Source: Bugula neritina
Lineage: Eukaryota; Animalia; Bryozoa
Direction: 5' to 3'
DNA: 64,000 nt
NCBI GenBank assembly: GCA_964035545.1
Contig: OZ037769.1
Coordinates: 12,368,633-12,432,632 of the forward strand
The first letter of the stretch is position 1, and every line of letters starts with the position of its first letter. Below the pieces are notes generated by a model. That model saw only the letters and a program-made list of their open reading frames with translations, ran no database searches and was not told the DNA's origin. Positions 36,609-49,200 of this stretch are shown in pieces. A program made the translations under genes and the position numbers.

Positions 36609-38244
36609 TATTATTGCAGACACAGTATTAGGTTAGAAAACTCTAAAAAAGAATGATGAACATTTACCTTTAGCAGTAAAACAACCCTGCCCTGTGTTTT
36701 AGTTTTCAATTCCTAGTTTCAAGTTGTTAAGGTCTTGTCAATTTCAGCTCTTAAGTTTCATAAATCAGTGGTTCAAGTTAGATGGTGCACAGTACTTCCA
36801 CCACAACATCCAATTGCATATGATAGCACGTGTGAAAGGAGTGATTTGAGTGGTTTGACTTTAGGCATGTGAAAAAGCTCCATTAAATGTTAAAAGCCAA
36901 AACAGACATGTTATAGCCATTGTCATTAAACACCCGAATAGCTTTGAAAATGAGCAGTTTTACTTTTAAATGCTTATGTGTGTTAATTATGCGTATTTTA
37001 TTTGTAATAGTATGTAAAGTTTAATAAAAATTATTTTCAACAAATGAGTATCAACATAAGTTATTTTTTTGTAAAAACTTCAACAATAAACTAATTTATG
37101 CTTGTACAGATACAACACACAAGTGATTATTTTTGTGTTTTATTTGTAAAGCCAACAGTTTTTATTTTTTCAAGCTTATTTTGCCTTAAAAGTGATTGAA
37201 ATTACAGCCCAAAAAAATTCAAACAAGCTTCACTTGTGCAAAAGGGTACATCACTGCTTTTTCCCAGCATCCTAATTTAAAGAACTTATAAAAAAACTCG
37301 AGTCTATAGCATCTTAGGCATCAAAATTAGTGGTAACTTTTTAAGGGTATCCCCCCCCTTTTCCAGACTTTGACCACTATTTATAACTAGAACTGCAAGT
37401 AATGAAGTATCAGTACAAGTGATGATCACATGTTACGGAGTCAGTCAATGAAAGTTAGTATGAACAAGTTTAACCACAATGTTTATTTAAGAAGAAGATG
37501 CAATTGCAAGGGTAAAAAACAAGTTAGATGTTGAAAGTTTCTTAGCTTATGCCACAGTTTGAGCTTCAGTTTGAATTAAGATTAAAAATCAGAATGAGGC
37601 TCAGGCTGAGAGTGTTGAAAAGCTAAAGTCGATAGTGAAACTGTAAAACTAGATGACTAAAAGTAAAATTAAGAGCGAGACTAAAACATCATACAAACTT
37701 AAAGACTGAAAGAGAAATCGTGATCATCACTAATAGTAATGACTAAGAGTAAGTTACTGACTGAGTCTGAGCCATGTAATTGTATACTAATAACTATAAG
37801 TATTAAGTATTAACAATAACTTATAGTTATTGACTTATTGTTAAACTTAATCGTTAATCATAATTATAATCATAATCATTCACAGTCACTATCATATCCA
37901 TTATCATAATCATAATGATAATGCTGATGTTATACTTGTAAATGTATAACACTTGTAGTTGTACAAAATTAATAATAAACTGAAAGTTATAAACTTAAAG
38001 TTCAAGTTTAACTTTTAGTTTTAACGTTTTAACTTTAACTTTAAGTAACACTGAAAGATGGAAACAAAAGGTAGTTTTGTGTTGGTTAATGATATACTAT
38101 GCGTACAGTTATACTTATTAATCATAGCAATAGATTCTGTCAAGTTTAATTCTAACAGTAATAGTAAAAACGTAATACTAATAGTAATACTAATAGTAAT
38201 ACAAATTGAAATAATTATGATCATTAATCTCAATCTGAACGTGG

Positions 38245-38330
38245 TAGATACCCATCACTATGCGTGCGCGAACTACCCGTGGTTAACAATGATAAACACG
38301 GGAAAATTCTCTAATATTTCGTATAAATAT
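38245..38330 (-). promoter_or_regulatory. Putative IFRD1 promoter and non-coding first exon
   Basis: CpG patch (ATGCGTGCGCGAACTACCCGTGG, CACGGG). The IFRD1 ATG exon has an upstream acceptor (minus-strand CTTTTTTAG at 36643), so a 5' UTR exon is expected. Candidate minus-strand donors at ~38251 and ~38277. Confidence 0.45.
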
Positions 38331-38979
38331 TTTGAAGAGATCATTGACATGATTGCATTACTTGTGGCAATAATTGCAACATCAGAGCCTAGTGCGTAAG
38401 CTGGAAAAAACTATCGGTGCAAGTTTGGAGTTGTTTTTCTTATTTAGAAAACAACTGTGCTTCAGATATTCATGGCCCTATACACCATACCGAGTGCTAT
38501 CCTTAGAATTTAGACACCAATAATAATATTACAGAGTATAGACTACAGTCCTAACAGATGTTATATGTTATTTCAATGGCTGTAGACATTATTCCTTGCC
38601 TGATGCAATCTACTTTTCTTTTCTTAAAGCTCTCAAAACAGTTTTGGCTATTATAAATTTAAGTTATGGCAATATGTATATTATATCCTTATTTATACAT
38701 ATGAATAACTAGATACACTTGCATTACAATTAATTTTGTATCTTTAAGATCAATTTATAAAAAAAGATTGAAAACTCAAGCCTGCAGACAATGCAATGAC
38801 ACAATGATCACAATGGCACATTTTTGCATTTGTTACAAAATCAATCAATTGTTTGTTACAACATATCATTAAATTTCATAAAACATCAACTTTTTAAAAA
38901 TAACATGAGAGTTGTTTTACTTTTAACATTAATTAATGCTAATATAGTATTTACTAGAATTTACAAGTAAATTACTATA

Positions 38980-40272
38980 GGGGTAATGGGGGGGGAGACA
39001 ACGGTCATAGGGGTACAAAAAGTCGGTCAAATTGTGAAAGAACTTATTGACTTAGAGTTGCATGGGATTTTTTTTAATAAAAGGGTATTGACATAATTAT
39101 TCAGTCATTGTAGTTTCAACACTTGCGAAGCATACATATTGAAGAGACAAGTCATTAACTGTTTTTACCTACTTTTTGTAAATTTTTTAAGATGTCATTA
39201 AAGCTTTATAACTTTTTACACTCAAAGGTAACAAGCCTAGATTTTACTAATACTGTTGTCATTGCTTGTCTCTACATTGCTTAACTAGTATAATAGCAAA
39301 CTCTAAAATAAATTTTTCTTGAGCCACATTTATTTTCAACCTGGCCACACGGGTACAATGGGCCACGCTGATCAGGGCACAATGGGCCACCTGATCATTG
39401 CACCCTGATCACTGTTATTAGTTTGTTTGCCCAAAAAGTTAAATGAAATGTTAATAAAATCTATAGATATAGCCATTTCTGACCTTTTTGTAAAATATCA
39501 AAAACATCATGGTAAGACTACCAAACTACAAGGTGAAGCTCTCCTAATAGGCCTATATACATCTGGTGTGGTTATAGCTTTGCCATTTTATATACATCAC
39601 ACAAAACACTTTGCTGTTGCTACTAGTGGATAGTCATATAATATTCATTACAATACATTATCATCATTGAGGGAATATACATGTATTTGACTAAAATAAA
39701 TTCTGATTTGCTCATTTCCTCCCTACATCCCCTTCCGCATTCCAGTCACAAACCTCAGTCATGCACCTTAGCTTTTCATAGAAAAAAGTCCACCTGGAAT
39801 TTTGTGGTACATGTTACTAAAGTTTTTTCAGATGAAAGCTCCTGTGAAGTGGAAATAGAAAAACATTTTTAGTTCTAAACAGTAATAATAATGGTACAGT
39901 AGAAATGAGTGATGTGCGTTTAATTTTGCCTCTCCCTGCTATCTGTGGTGGTACAAACTGTACAGCTAAAACATGATTTTTGCTGTAGATCTAAAAGAGT
40001 ATTTTTATTTATTTGTGTATATTAAATAAATAAAGATCAGATGCAACCAAATCAGCAAAGTTTCAATATAATAATTGTTGTGTCCCACCCAGTGGCCCAT
40101 TGTACCCCGGTACTGGGGCACAATGGGTAGAAACAACCAACTGATACCTATAATAGACAACTGGTGTAGCATTTAGACTAGAGATTATTGAACCAGTAAC
40201 TTGAAAAACAGACGAATGAGAGCAAAAAATTTAAAAATCGACCCTTTGTGCCCCCCCCCGCCCTGTCACCCC
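38980..40272. mobile_element. ~1.3 kb non-autonomous DNA transposon remnant, TA-flanked
   Basis: Imperfect TIRs TA-GGGGTAATGGGGGGGGAGACAACGGTC and GACCCTTTGTGCCCCCCCCCGCCCTGTCACCCC-TA. The motif GGG(T/C)ACAATGGGCCAC recurs at ~39351-39390 and inverted at ~40092-40108. No transposase ORF. Confidence 0.65.
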
Positions 40273-41097
40273 TACTCTAAAACAAAATACTCATTCCAGC
40301 AAGCTGCAAGCATGCATATAAATTATAACATTAAGTTTTCCAAAAGCAAGAAGAGAGTTATATATAATTTATAGGCAAGCTACAAGAAAACATTTGATTG
40401 ATATATTAGTGTATTACAGATCAGATAATCTTGATGCATAATTATTTTTCTAAATACTATAAAACATTAGATTGAGCTCTGATCTATTGATGATTGGCAC
40501 GCATCCGTCAGAGATGACCATATATGGTGTCTTTAATTGAAGATCTCATCAGGAGCATCTTGAGTGGTCCCAACACTGATCAAGAACTTCTTTTACTGCC
40601 AAAGGAAATACATCTGTGGGTATTTTAAGGGGCACACTTTGCCAAAAGAATAATTGCAGTGCCAAGTAATTTCAAGACAGCTAGAGAGCTCAAGTGATAT
40701 GCTTTTAGCTCATCTTCTTGCTTTTTATAAATGAGGAGACAAATCCTGAAAACTTTGCTCTACTCATGATGCGCACATGTATACAAAGCCTAAACTATAT
40801 ACTGTTACTTTATTGCAAATTAGTATATACAGCTTTATTAATTTTGCTTAAACCTTCTATTAATTTTGTACACTTGGGCATTTTTATGAAAAAAGACAGT
40901 TAATCTTGATACAAACCATACGTGTGCTGTATCATATAATGAATTAATGACTGTTGTTTACTTCCATTAAAAGATGTGAACATAGTACTAAAGCTGACAT
41001 ACTTTTCTGCAACTATTCATTTAATACATTAATTAAAACTCATTAATGCCTCAAACAGCATACCTGCACTTGACTTAATACATTCCCAAGCTGATCG

Positions 41098-41280
41098 CAC
41101 AGTCTATATGTCAGGTACACAGTCTATATCTCAGGTACACAGTCTATATCTCAGGTACACAGTCTATATCTCAGGTACACAGTCTATATCTCAGGTACAC
41201 AGTCTATATCTCAGGTACACAGCCTATATCTCAGGTACACAGTTTATATCTCAGGTACACAGTCTATATCTCAGGTATAC
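41098..41280. repeat. 20-bp minisatellite, ~9 copies
   Basis: Unit CACAGTCTATATCTCAGGTA. Confidence 0.95.
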
Positions 41281-43271
41281 AGGAGCACTGTACAGAGAAT
41301 GTCTCAAGTTGCAGCAACTTGTAGTTTCTAATGTGACTTCTACTAGTATTACGAGAAATCGAGAAAAGCCTGTCTTCAAAGTTAGAAATGTAGCAAAAGA
41401 AGTTATTTTCTCCTGAAAATTTCAAGCCACGCCCCAAACAGAATATTATTAAGAAACTTAAAGGACTTGAGCTATCTTCATTTCTCAACTACTGCACCTA
41501 AATGAGCATTAAACTCTCCGCCATACTAAGATTTTAGATATGGATTCATTGATAACTGTATCTTGGCTCAATTTTCATAGCATTTGATGGAGCTGCAGTG
41601 ACCTATAGCATTGGATTCAGAGCATGAAAAGGTGATTTTCACACTGAGTGGACATGCTGAATGGAGAAAGAGTGTATAAACAGTTTAATCTTTGCACACA
41701 CTTGTAACAGTGTGAAATATGATCCTATACACACAACAAAACACAATGCTCTTTGTATGTTATTATGAGAGTTGACAATGCATAGCCTCTTCAGTGCTAA
41801 TCTCTTGCAGTCTGAGTCGAATGTTATTATGAGCATGCCGCATGTGCAGAGGGGTAAGTAGTCACACTATAACTTACATGTATGTGTACTTGATACTAAT
41901 AAGTAAGTTATTTTAAACTATTCTATAGTAGCCTATACATAGTACATACATGCACTTTTATGTTAATATGGGTACACTTACACATGGACAGAAAACTGTA
42001 GAAAACTTGTAGTACTAAAACTTAAAAATGCATTAATACTCATTCTAAGCCATGTTAGAGTATTCTAGTACATAAATTACATTAATGAGTTATGGCGTAT
42101 AGAAATTATTACCATATGGTAGATATTAAAATGAATATTTATATAAATGTTAGTATATATATTTTACAAGCATAGCATTTAGTATTGTGCAACATGCTAT
42201 GATTTTTTCACATATAGTTATATATTATTAGATATTATTATATGCTGCCTCATAATGCACTCTGTAAAGTTGTATTATATATCAAGTATCCAAAATGTGG
42301 TGGTTGTATAATCTATATTTATATACGTGGTGGTTTTAAGGTATACATTTATATGTGATATAAAGCTATACTTTATAAGATTTATCAGAATCTGCAGTTA
42401 CTTTGAAATTGCTAAAGTCAGCAATAATTTGTAATTTTGAAAATAGGAAAATTCGAGGTAGAAGTGCAGTTTAGAAAAACTGCTACTATATTATAACTTA
42501 TATATATATTAGAAACATTAGTCAACCTTTTGACTTGTGCATATACTGGCTGCCCAGAATATATTCATATCTCAATTACCAGTTTTCCATTTCCTTCTAT
42601 ACATACTATTGTCCCATGAATGAGTTTTATTTGTGAAACAAACTTTCGGAATATTTTGTACCTTTGATATATACCAGTCTACACTGTACCTACTAGCTGT
42701 TATGCATTCGAGTATAAGAGATTCTTGCATGTTTGTTTTACATTCAAATGACTCCCAATCTCTATGCTAACCATTAACTACTGTTACTATATAACATTTA
42801 CAATATAAATTAAGTATTGTCTAATATGAATGATCGCAATGTGAAGGCACAACACAGGTAGATGAAGTAATTCAGAGATCACGAAAGTCAACGATTACAT
42901 TAATTTTAGCCCCAGTTCTTCAATTTATTTCACTCTAAGATCAGAGGGTGTACTCTAATCCTATGATATACTATGGTGTTTGGGATCTTAGCTTTTCACG
43001 GTTCAGCAGGTACTTTATGCACAATAGTTATACACTGACTGTTGTTTTACCATTGACATGCGTGGAGTTGACAAGCAGTTGGTGGTGCCAGGTGGTAGTA
43101 GTAGTACTAGGAGTAGTAGTAGCAGTACTAGGAGTTGTGGTAGTGCAGAGATAGCAAGTGACTCTGCCAGTATCAGTGCTGATTCCATTGTTTCCTTTCT
43201 AGTAGGTAGCAGCTGATTCAAATGGAGTCAATGAAACTAAGAAGAACATAAATATAATCGATATCTGAAAA

Positions 43272-46200
43272 ATGAAGAGAATTACTGGAATGATGACAAA
43301 CGTAAGTCTTAGACTTTTCTGGCTTTTCTACTGTATACTTAAGATTTATGTACCAAAAAAACGGAGAAAAAGATATTTGCAGTTCCTAAAAATTTAAAAG
43401 AGTTTTCGTTGAAATCTAATCAGCCATGTTGAATCAATGTTTTGTTATAATTTTCAAATGTAAAAGTGTTCGGTATTATTTTCAAATCTGAATTAACATT
43501 TTCATTGTCAGTTACAACAAACCTGCTATATGTGCTACAAAATAGCATTGCTGCGTTTCAGGCTATCTATTTATAGAAATGTGGAATTGCTACTAGCTAA
43601 ACCAATATATCCTGCTAGTCATATAATGATATATACTAACAGTAACACAAAATGTTATTTAATAGATTTTGTTGAACAGACTGATTATATACATTTGTGA
43701 GTTAGAAACAAATAAAAACAATTTAATCAATTCAACTGCATAAGCAATACATCACAGGGCCTGATTTATATATTTCACATTCTTCATATTTACATTAGAA
43801 AATTTAAATACCTTCAAATCTGCCCAAAGAATAATCTATTTTGCAGCTTAGCCTATAGCTGTGTGTAATAGCAACATGTAGCTCTGTGTAACAGTAACAA
43901 CATGTAGCTGTGTGTAGTAACAACATGTAGCTGTGTGTAGTCACAACATGTAGCTGTGTGTATAGTAACATGTAGCTGTGTGTATAGTAACAGCAGCAGC
44001 TGATAGTAATAGATAATAATGATAGGCTGATTATCTTTACAACTTGAGCTATAACTATTGCTATTTCAGAACTAAGTGTAAATTGCTTTTATAATTAAAG
44101 TTGAAGATCTTCTCCTATTTGGTTAGACGTACAAGCACATAAAGGTTATGATTATAATACATTAGATATTCTAATGTTAAGATACAGTAGCAACAGTTGC
44201 AATAATCTTGATCATCATTAAACTTTTGCTTAAATGCGTTTTAATCTAAGTTTTAATTATTTTATATGTTCTTATAATGCTTATTTGCTAAGCAACACTT
44301 TGGTTTTTCTTTAAATAGCTTAGTAGCAGTGTTTATCAGATATCAGTTATCAAATGTAGTTAATCTGCAATAACTGATTGCTAAAATCATTAAAATACAG
44401 CATTTACATTTAATTTGTGAAAGTTATAGGAATCAATTTTCGTCCTTACTAATGATAAATGTTGCACTGGTAGTATTAGTAGTAATAATACTCCAAGTAC
44501 TACAAAGCATATCATTGATACTAACATTGAAATATTATCTTCTTTGGGCATGAAGTATTACATGAAACCTTCTTTTCTTACAAATTGAATGAAGACAACA
44601 TTGTAAATTGTATTTTATTGTTTGTAATATATAATCTGTTGACTTTTACGGTAGCATGATAAACTTTTTAACTTTTGTAGATAGCTTTCATACTTGCAAC
44701 ACTTGTACTGTCAGCCAGTGCTATAGAACTGAGAGGGGAGTCGAGTATGGTGTACCCGTGGGTTGTGGTAATACTGGTGCTAATAGTAATAGGACTGCTA
44801 ACAGTACTCCTGGTGGAAATAGTCATAGTATACAAAGTGGTGAGACTAGGAGGTGTACCGTGTAGGAGTATATGGTTGGGACAACTCCTACTCGTAGCCA
44901 TTACCCTCTCCTATCTCTCACTTATCACGTTTGTATTCAAACCCACAAGAGTGACGTGTAACATCATTAGATTCAGTATCGGTTTCTGTTACATCCTCAT
45001 GCAGTCGGTGCTACTTGTTAAGGTGCTACTCATACTCTCCCCTAAGACTCAAGCCGGGTTCCTCAAGCTAGGGCACCAGGTTCTCATTCTAGGCCTCATT
45101 ATATGTGTACAAGTCATTATTAACATAGAATGGCTGTTTCTAGAAGACAGTCAGTCTCCTCCTAGCCTGACAAACGACGCCCGCAGGTGTCAGCCCGTGC
45201 ATCTCAGTAAGTTCTTTTATGACATCATCGCTTCCTTTACTTACATATTCCTGGTTGGCTTGGTCATCGTGTCTATAACAGTCAAGACTTACACCACTAT
45301 GAGAAAAACAGATGAAAAGCCTAATGCTGAAGCTAAATGGATATTGATAACTTCATGCGTGACGTCTGCAGTGTGGTTAGTTTGGATAGCTGTTGGCGCT
45401 CTACTTCCTTTCCCAGAATCGGCTGTGGCTGCACTTGCTGTTGGATTGTGGGTAACGGCCACTATTACCCTCCTCATTATGTTTGTCCCTAAACTACATA
45501 AGCTGGCTACTCTCAAGGATGGAGGTAAGACAACTTCTATAGTTTTATATGAATAACTTCGCTAGACTTTTAGCAGCTGTGATGCTCTACTGATAGTAAA
45601 ATTTATTTATCTTTACTTGATAGTTATGAACAGAGCTGAGGATTTAAATTTTGAGAGTTATACTTACAAGGAAGAAAATGTTTTCTACAAATGGACTAGT
45701 ATTAGTTTAACTTTGCGAGTTAATTTAAGCCTCATAAGTTCCTCATAACAGAAATTATCCTGATGAGTTTTGTGTGACTGATCAAGTTGGGATTGTGCTG
45801 AGGCCTATTAACTTTGAAGTTAATCTTATAATCTTGTCATTGCTAATTAAAACCAACCTCTGTAATGATTTCCTGATTTCTGTTGTTAATTCCTGAGAGT
45901 AATTGAATTCCGGTTATAATCTGTGCAAGTATAACGCTAAGTACTATCTCATTTAGCCATGACTCATGCATGAATATGCAGATCTTGAGAACTGAGTCAT
46001 GATAATGAATGTGTTTGTGTGTAGCTAATTAATTTGTGACTTCATAATCTTCTAGCTGTTGTCAAGATACCTTTCATATATAAGTCACTTGAAATGGTCA
46101 ATTATTACATCTATGTATGTTCCACATGCAGACTCATTGTGATTTTAGTAAAAGCATTTATTCTAATACAGTACTCCCTTCCTATCTCACGGATCCATTT

Positions 46201-49200
46201 CTCACGAAATTCCATAGGTCGAGATATGGGCTTGGACCCCCTCTCCCCTGTTTTGTGGCTTATGTATGTGTGTAGGAACAAAACTGGGTGAATTTAGTGG
46301 ATCCGTGAGTTAAACCTGGTATTCTATTATGTCACGAATTGAGGTTTCTGGATTTGCAGCTTAGTGAGATATGGAAGGAGCACTGTATCTGTGATTTCAA
46401 ATATTATAATATATAGCTAGTATGCCAAAACTTGTTACTGAGAAGTTTTATTTCACATTTTATCTCCTTTCATACAGATAAAGTGTTTGAATCAGAAGGT
46501 AAGCTGTAGCATCTCTTTGTAAGAATCAACTTTGGGCTAGCTAACAGCACTGAGTCATGTTGTATAACTCTTTGATATAACACCATGAATAAGCGTTTTG
46601 CCCTAGAGTTTAGCAGCTATGTACAATATGCAGCAGAAAAGTACATTTCTAGCCGCAAAGACAAATCTTATTCTGCAGACTTTATAATTTCTCTAAACTC
46701 TAAAGTATAACCTAATTGCTGTGTGGTCTTTACACCTAACAGTGTTTTCACTGCCAAATCTGAAACTCTTATTCTAGTGACATATCATTTACATATTATA
46801 TAGCTTTGTTTTAATAGTTCTGCCACTATAAGTTTATAACTGATGGTTGTTTTTGATCATTACTTGTAGCTTTGCTATTTCTGTTTTCATGCCTAAGGCT
46901 CATTAGAAACTTGGCTTATAAAAATTTCTTTGTTACTGCACCTAAATGTTTTGCAGTGAGCTTTTATAGAGAAATATGCTTGTTTGTTCAAATATAAGTG
47001 GTTTTTAGCTAGCTGATGCTTAGCCAATCAGAATGCATTAGTTCACAGGATGTCTGAAAGCAGCCATGCTTAACTTTTTTGCTGGAATTAATATTTGCAG
47101 ATCTCATGTTGACAATTTATATTGTTATTGGCCTACACGGCACAGTTTCTGGTGTCAACTCAGTTGTCTCAGCTTTGACAAGATTGATGGATTTTGTAGA
47201 GTTGTATTACGAAGATGAGCTGCCAGGTCTAGTTGGATTTGCTGGAGGGGTGGTTGATGGTAGAGGTGATCCTATAGTCACAGCAGATGGAAGTTACCAC
47301 CCTGGAGACAGCCTAGTGTACCCACCCAGTGAGATCAACGATGGTGGCACACTTCTGACTACTGTAGAGAGACCACCCAGGTAGTGTATTATATACCACC
47401 AGGTAAAGTATATACCAGCAAGTAGAGTATATGCCACCATAGAAAGTATATACCACCCAGGTAAAGTATATACCAGCAAGTAGAGTATATGCCACCATAG
47501 AAAGTATATACCACCCAGGTAAAGTATATACCAGCAAGTAGAGTATATGCCACCATAGAAAGTATATACCACCCAGGTAGAAAGACTACCCAGGTAGAGC
47601 ATATGCCACCAGGTAGAGTATTATATACCACCAGGTAGAGTATATACCAGTAGTGGGTGTAATTATTATTCCCAGGATGCCAAGTAGGCAGGCAGAAAAA
47701 TAAAAATAATGATTTATGTTGATAATTTATAAGTTTAAATTAAAACCCAATCACAATGTATAAACCAAAAAATAAGCAGCAGGCCTAGCTTTAGATTGCA
47801 AAACAAACAACTGGGACAAGGTTACACTGTTTCCTATCAACACAAAGTGTTACAGCGCTACCATGTATCATCTTCACCAGAGTACTGTAAAAGTACCACA
47901 TACAATAGACCATGTAAAACTCAGCCAATCAGCAAAGTGTACCAGGTCAATGTTCTACCATTGTAACTGATATAAAATTCTGCAAGTTCAATTGCAAAAT
48001 GCATGCTTCTAAAAGCTAATTGTGCAACTTTTGTTTCATGCATTATTTAATTTCATATCTTAACTTGATGACTCTTGAAAGAGTAGTAATAAACAATAAA
48101 GTTTTATGTAAAAACTCAGGATTAAATTACTCTAGTGTATGGATTATTAATCATATTCTTATTGGAAATTTGTAGTGTAATCTTGGAAGAAAAGAGTGAG
48201 CATAATGGCAGTATCTCATCTATAGGACCATCTCCTAGTGTGGTTTATAGAGCGAATGACCCTGAGAGCGTTTATATGACCTCTGACCCTAGTAAGTTCT
48301 TTGCTACATGGGTACCCCCTCCATATCTCACTATAACTTTGGATCCGCAAACCTCAATTTGTTAGATAGTAGAATATTTAGCTCGTGGATCAGTTAAATT
48401 TGGCCATTTTTACTCTATACTCATATACATAAGCCACAAAACGAGGTTCCAAGCCCTTCTTGTGACCTATAGAATGTTGTGATATATGGAGAGAGCACTG
48501 CATGCACTTACGTTCTTTAATACATTCTTCAGTTGTCCTAAAAATGCACCTTGAACAAATTATTGTTTAATTTCTGAAAAGTCTTAGTTTTGTCACAATT
48601 GTTAATTGCAACAATTAGTTTAAATGCTTATTGGCTCGTAAATTAAGCTAAGTTGTATGAGCGAAATTAATTATGCCAATATTATATAATGCTGCAGCCG
48701 TAATATTGCTATAACCTGCACATGGTAATCAATAATTGGAGAACTAAGGTATTAACACTGCCTTGCCTTATCATAACCTAGTGGGGCCTTAATTACACAG
48801 CCTGAACATGTCTATTTCTCAGGTTCTGGCAACTTTCCAACACAGGTTTACCACAAAGTTCCTTTATCAGACTATGGCCCACCACCACATCGGTACTACA
48901 CTATTGGCGGCTATGGCAAACGCCCTACTTCACACAGTACTATAAGTGCCCCCAGGTAATTATACGCTCAAATATGAAAAACACAGCAACCCTCAAATGG
49001 CTCTTGACCCATTAACGCTGGTGGCCTTGCAATATATTGTTAGACTTCTATCTAATACAAATCCATTTGTGTTTTTTGAAAAGTCATCAACAGAATATGC
49101 TCGCATGGGAGAACCATGTGAAAACCCCTGGATGGAGAGGGTGTTTTCAAGCTGGCTAAGGACTCATTCATCTATGTGGAACAGGAGTAATTATGGCTGA

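Noticed and set aside
39427-39872. Short ORFs inside the 1.3 kb TIR element as possible transposase
   Set aside because: No DDE or HTH motif is recognisable and the ORFs are under 70 aa.
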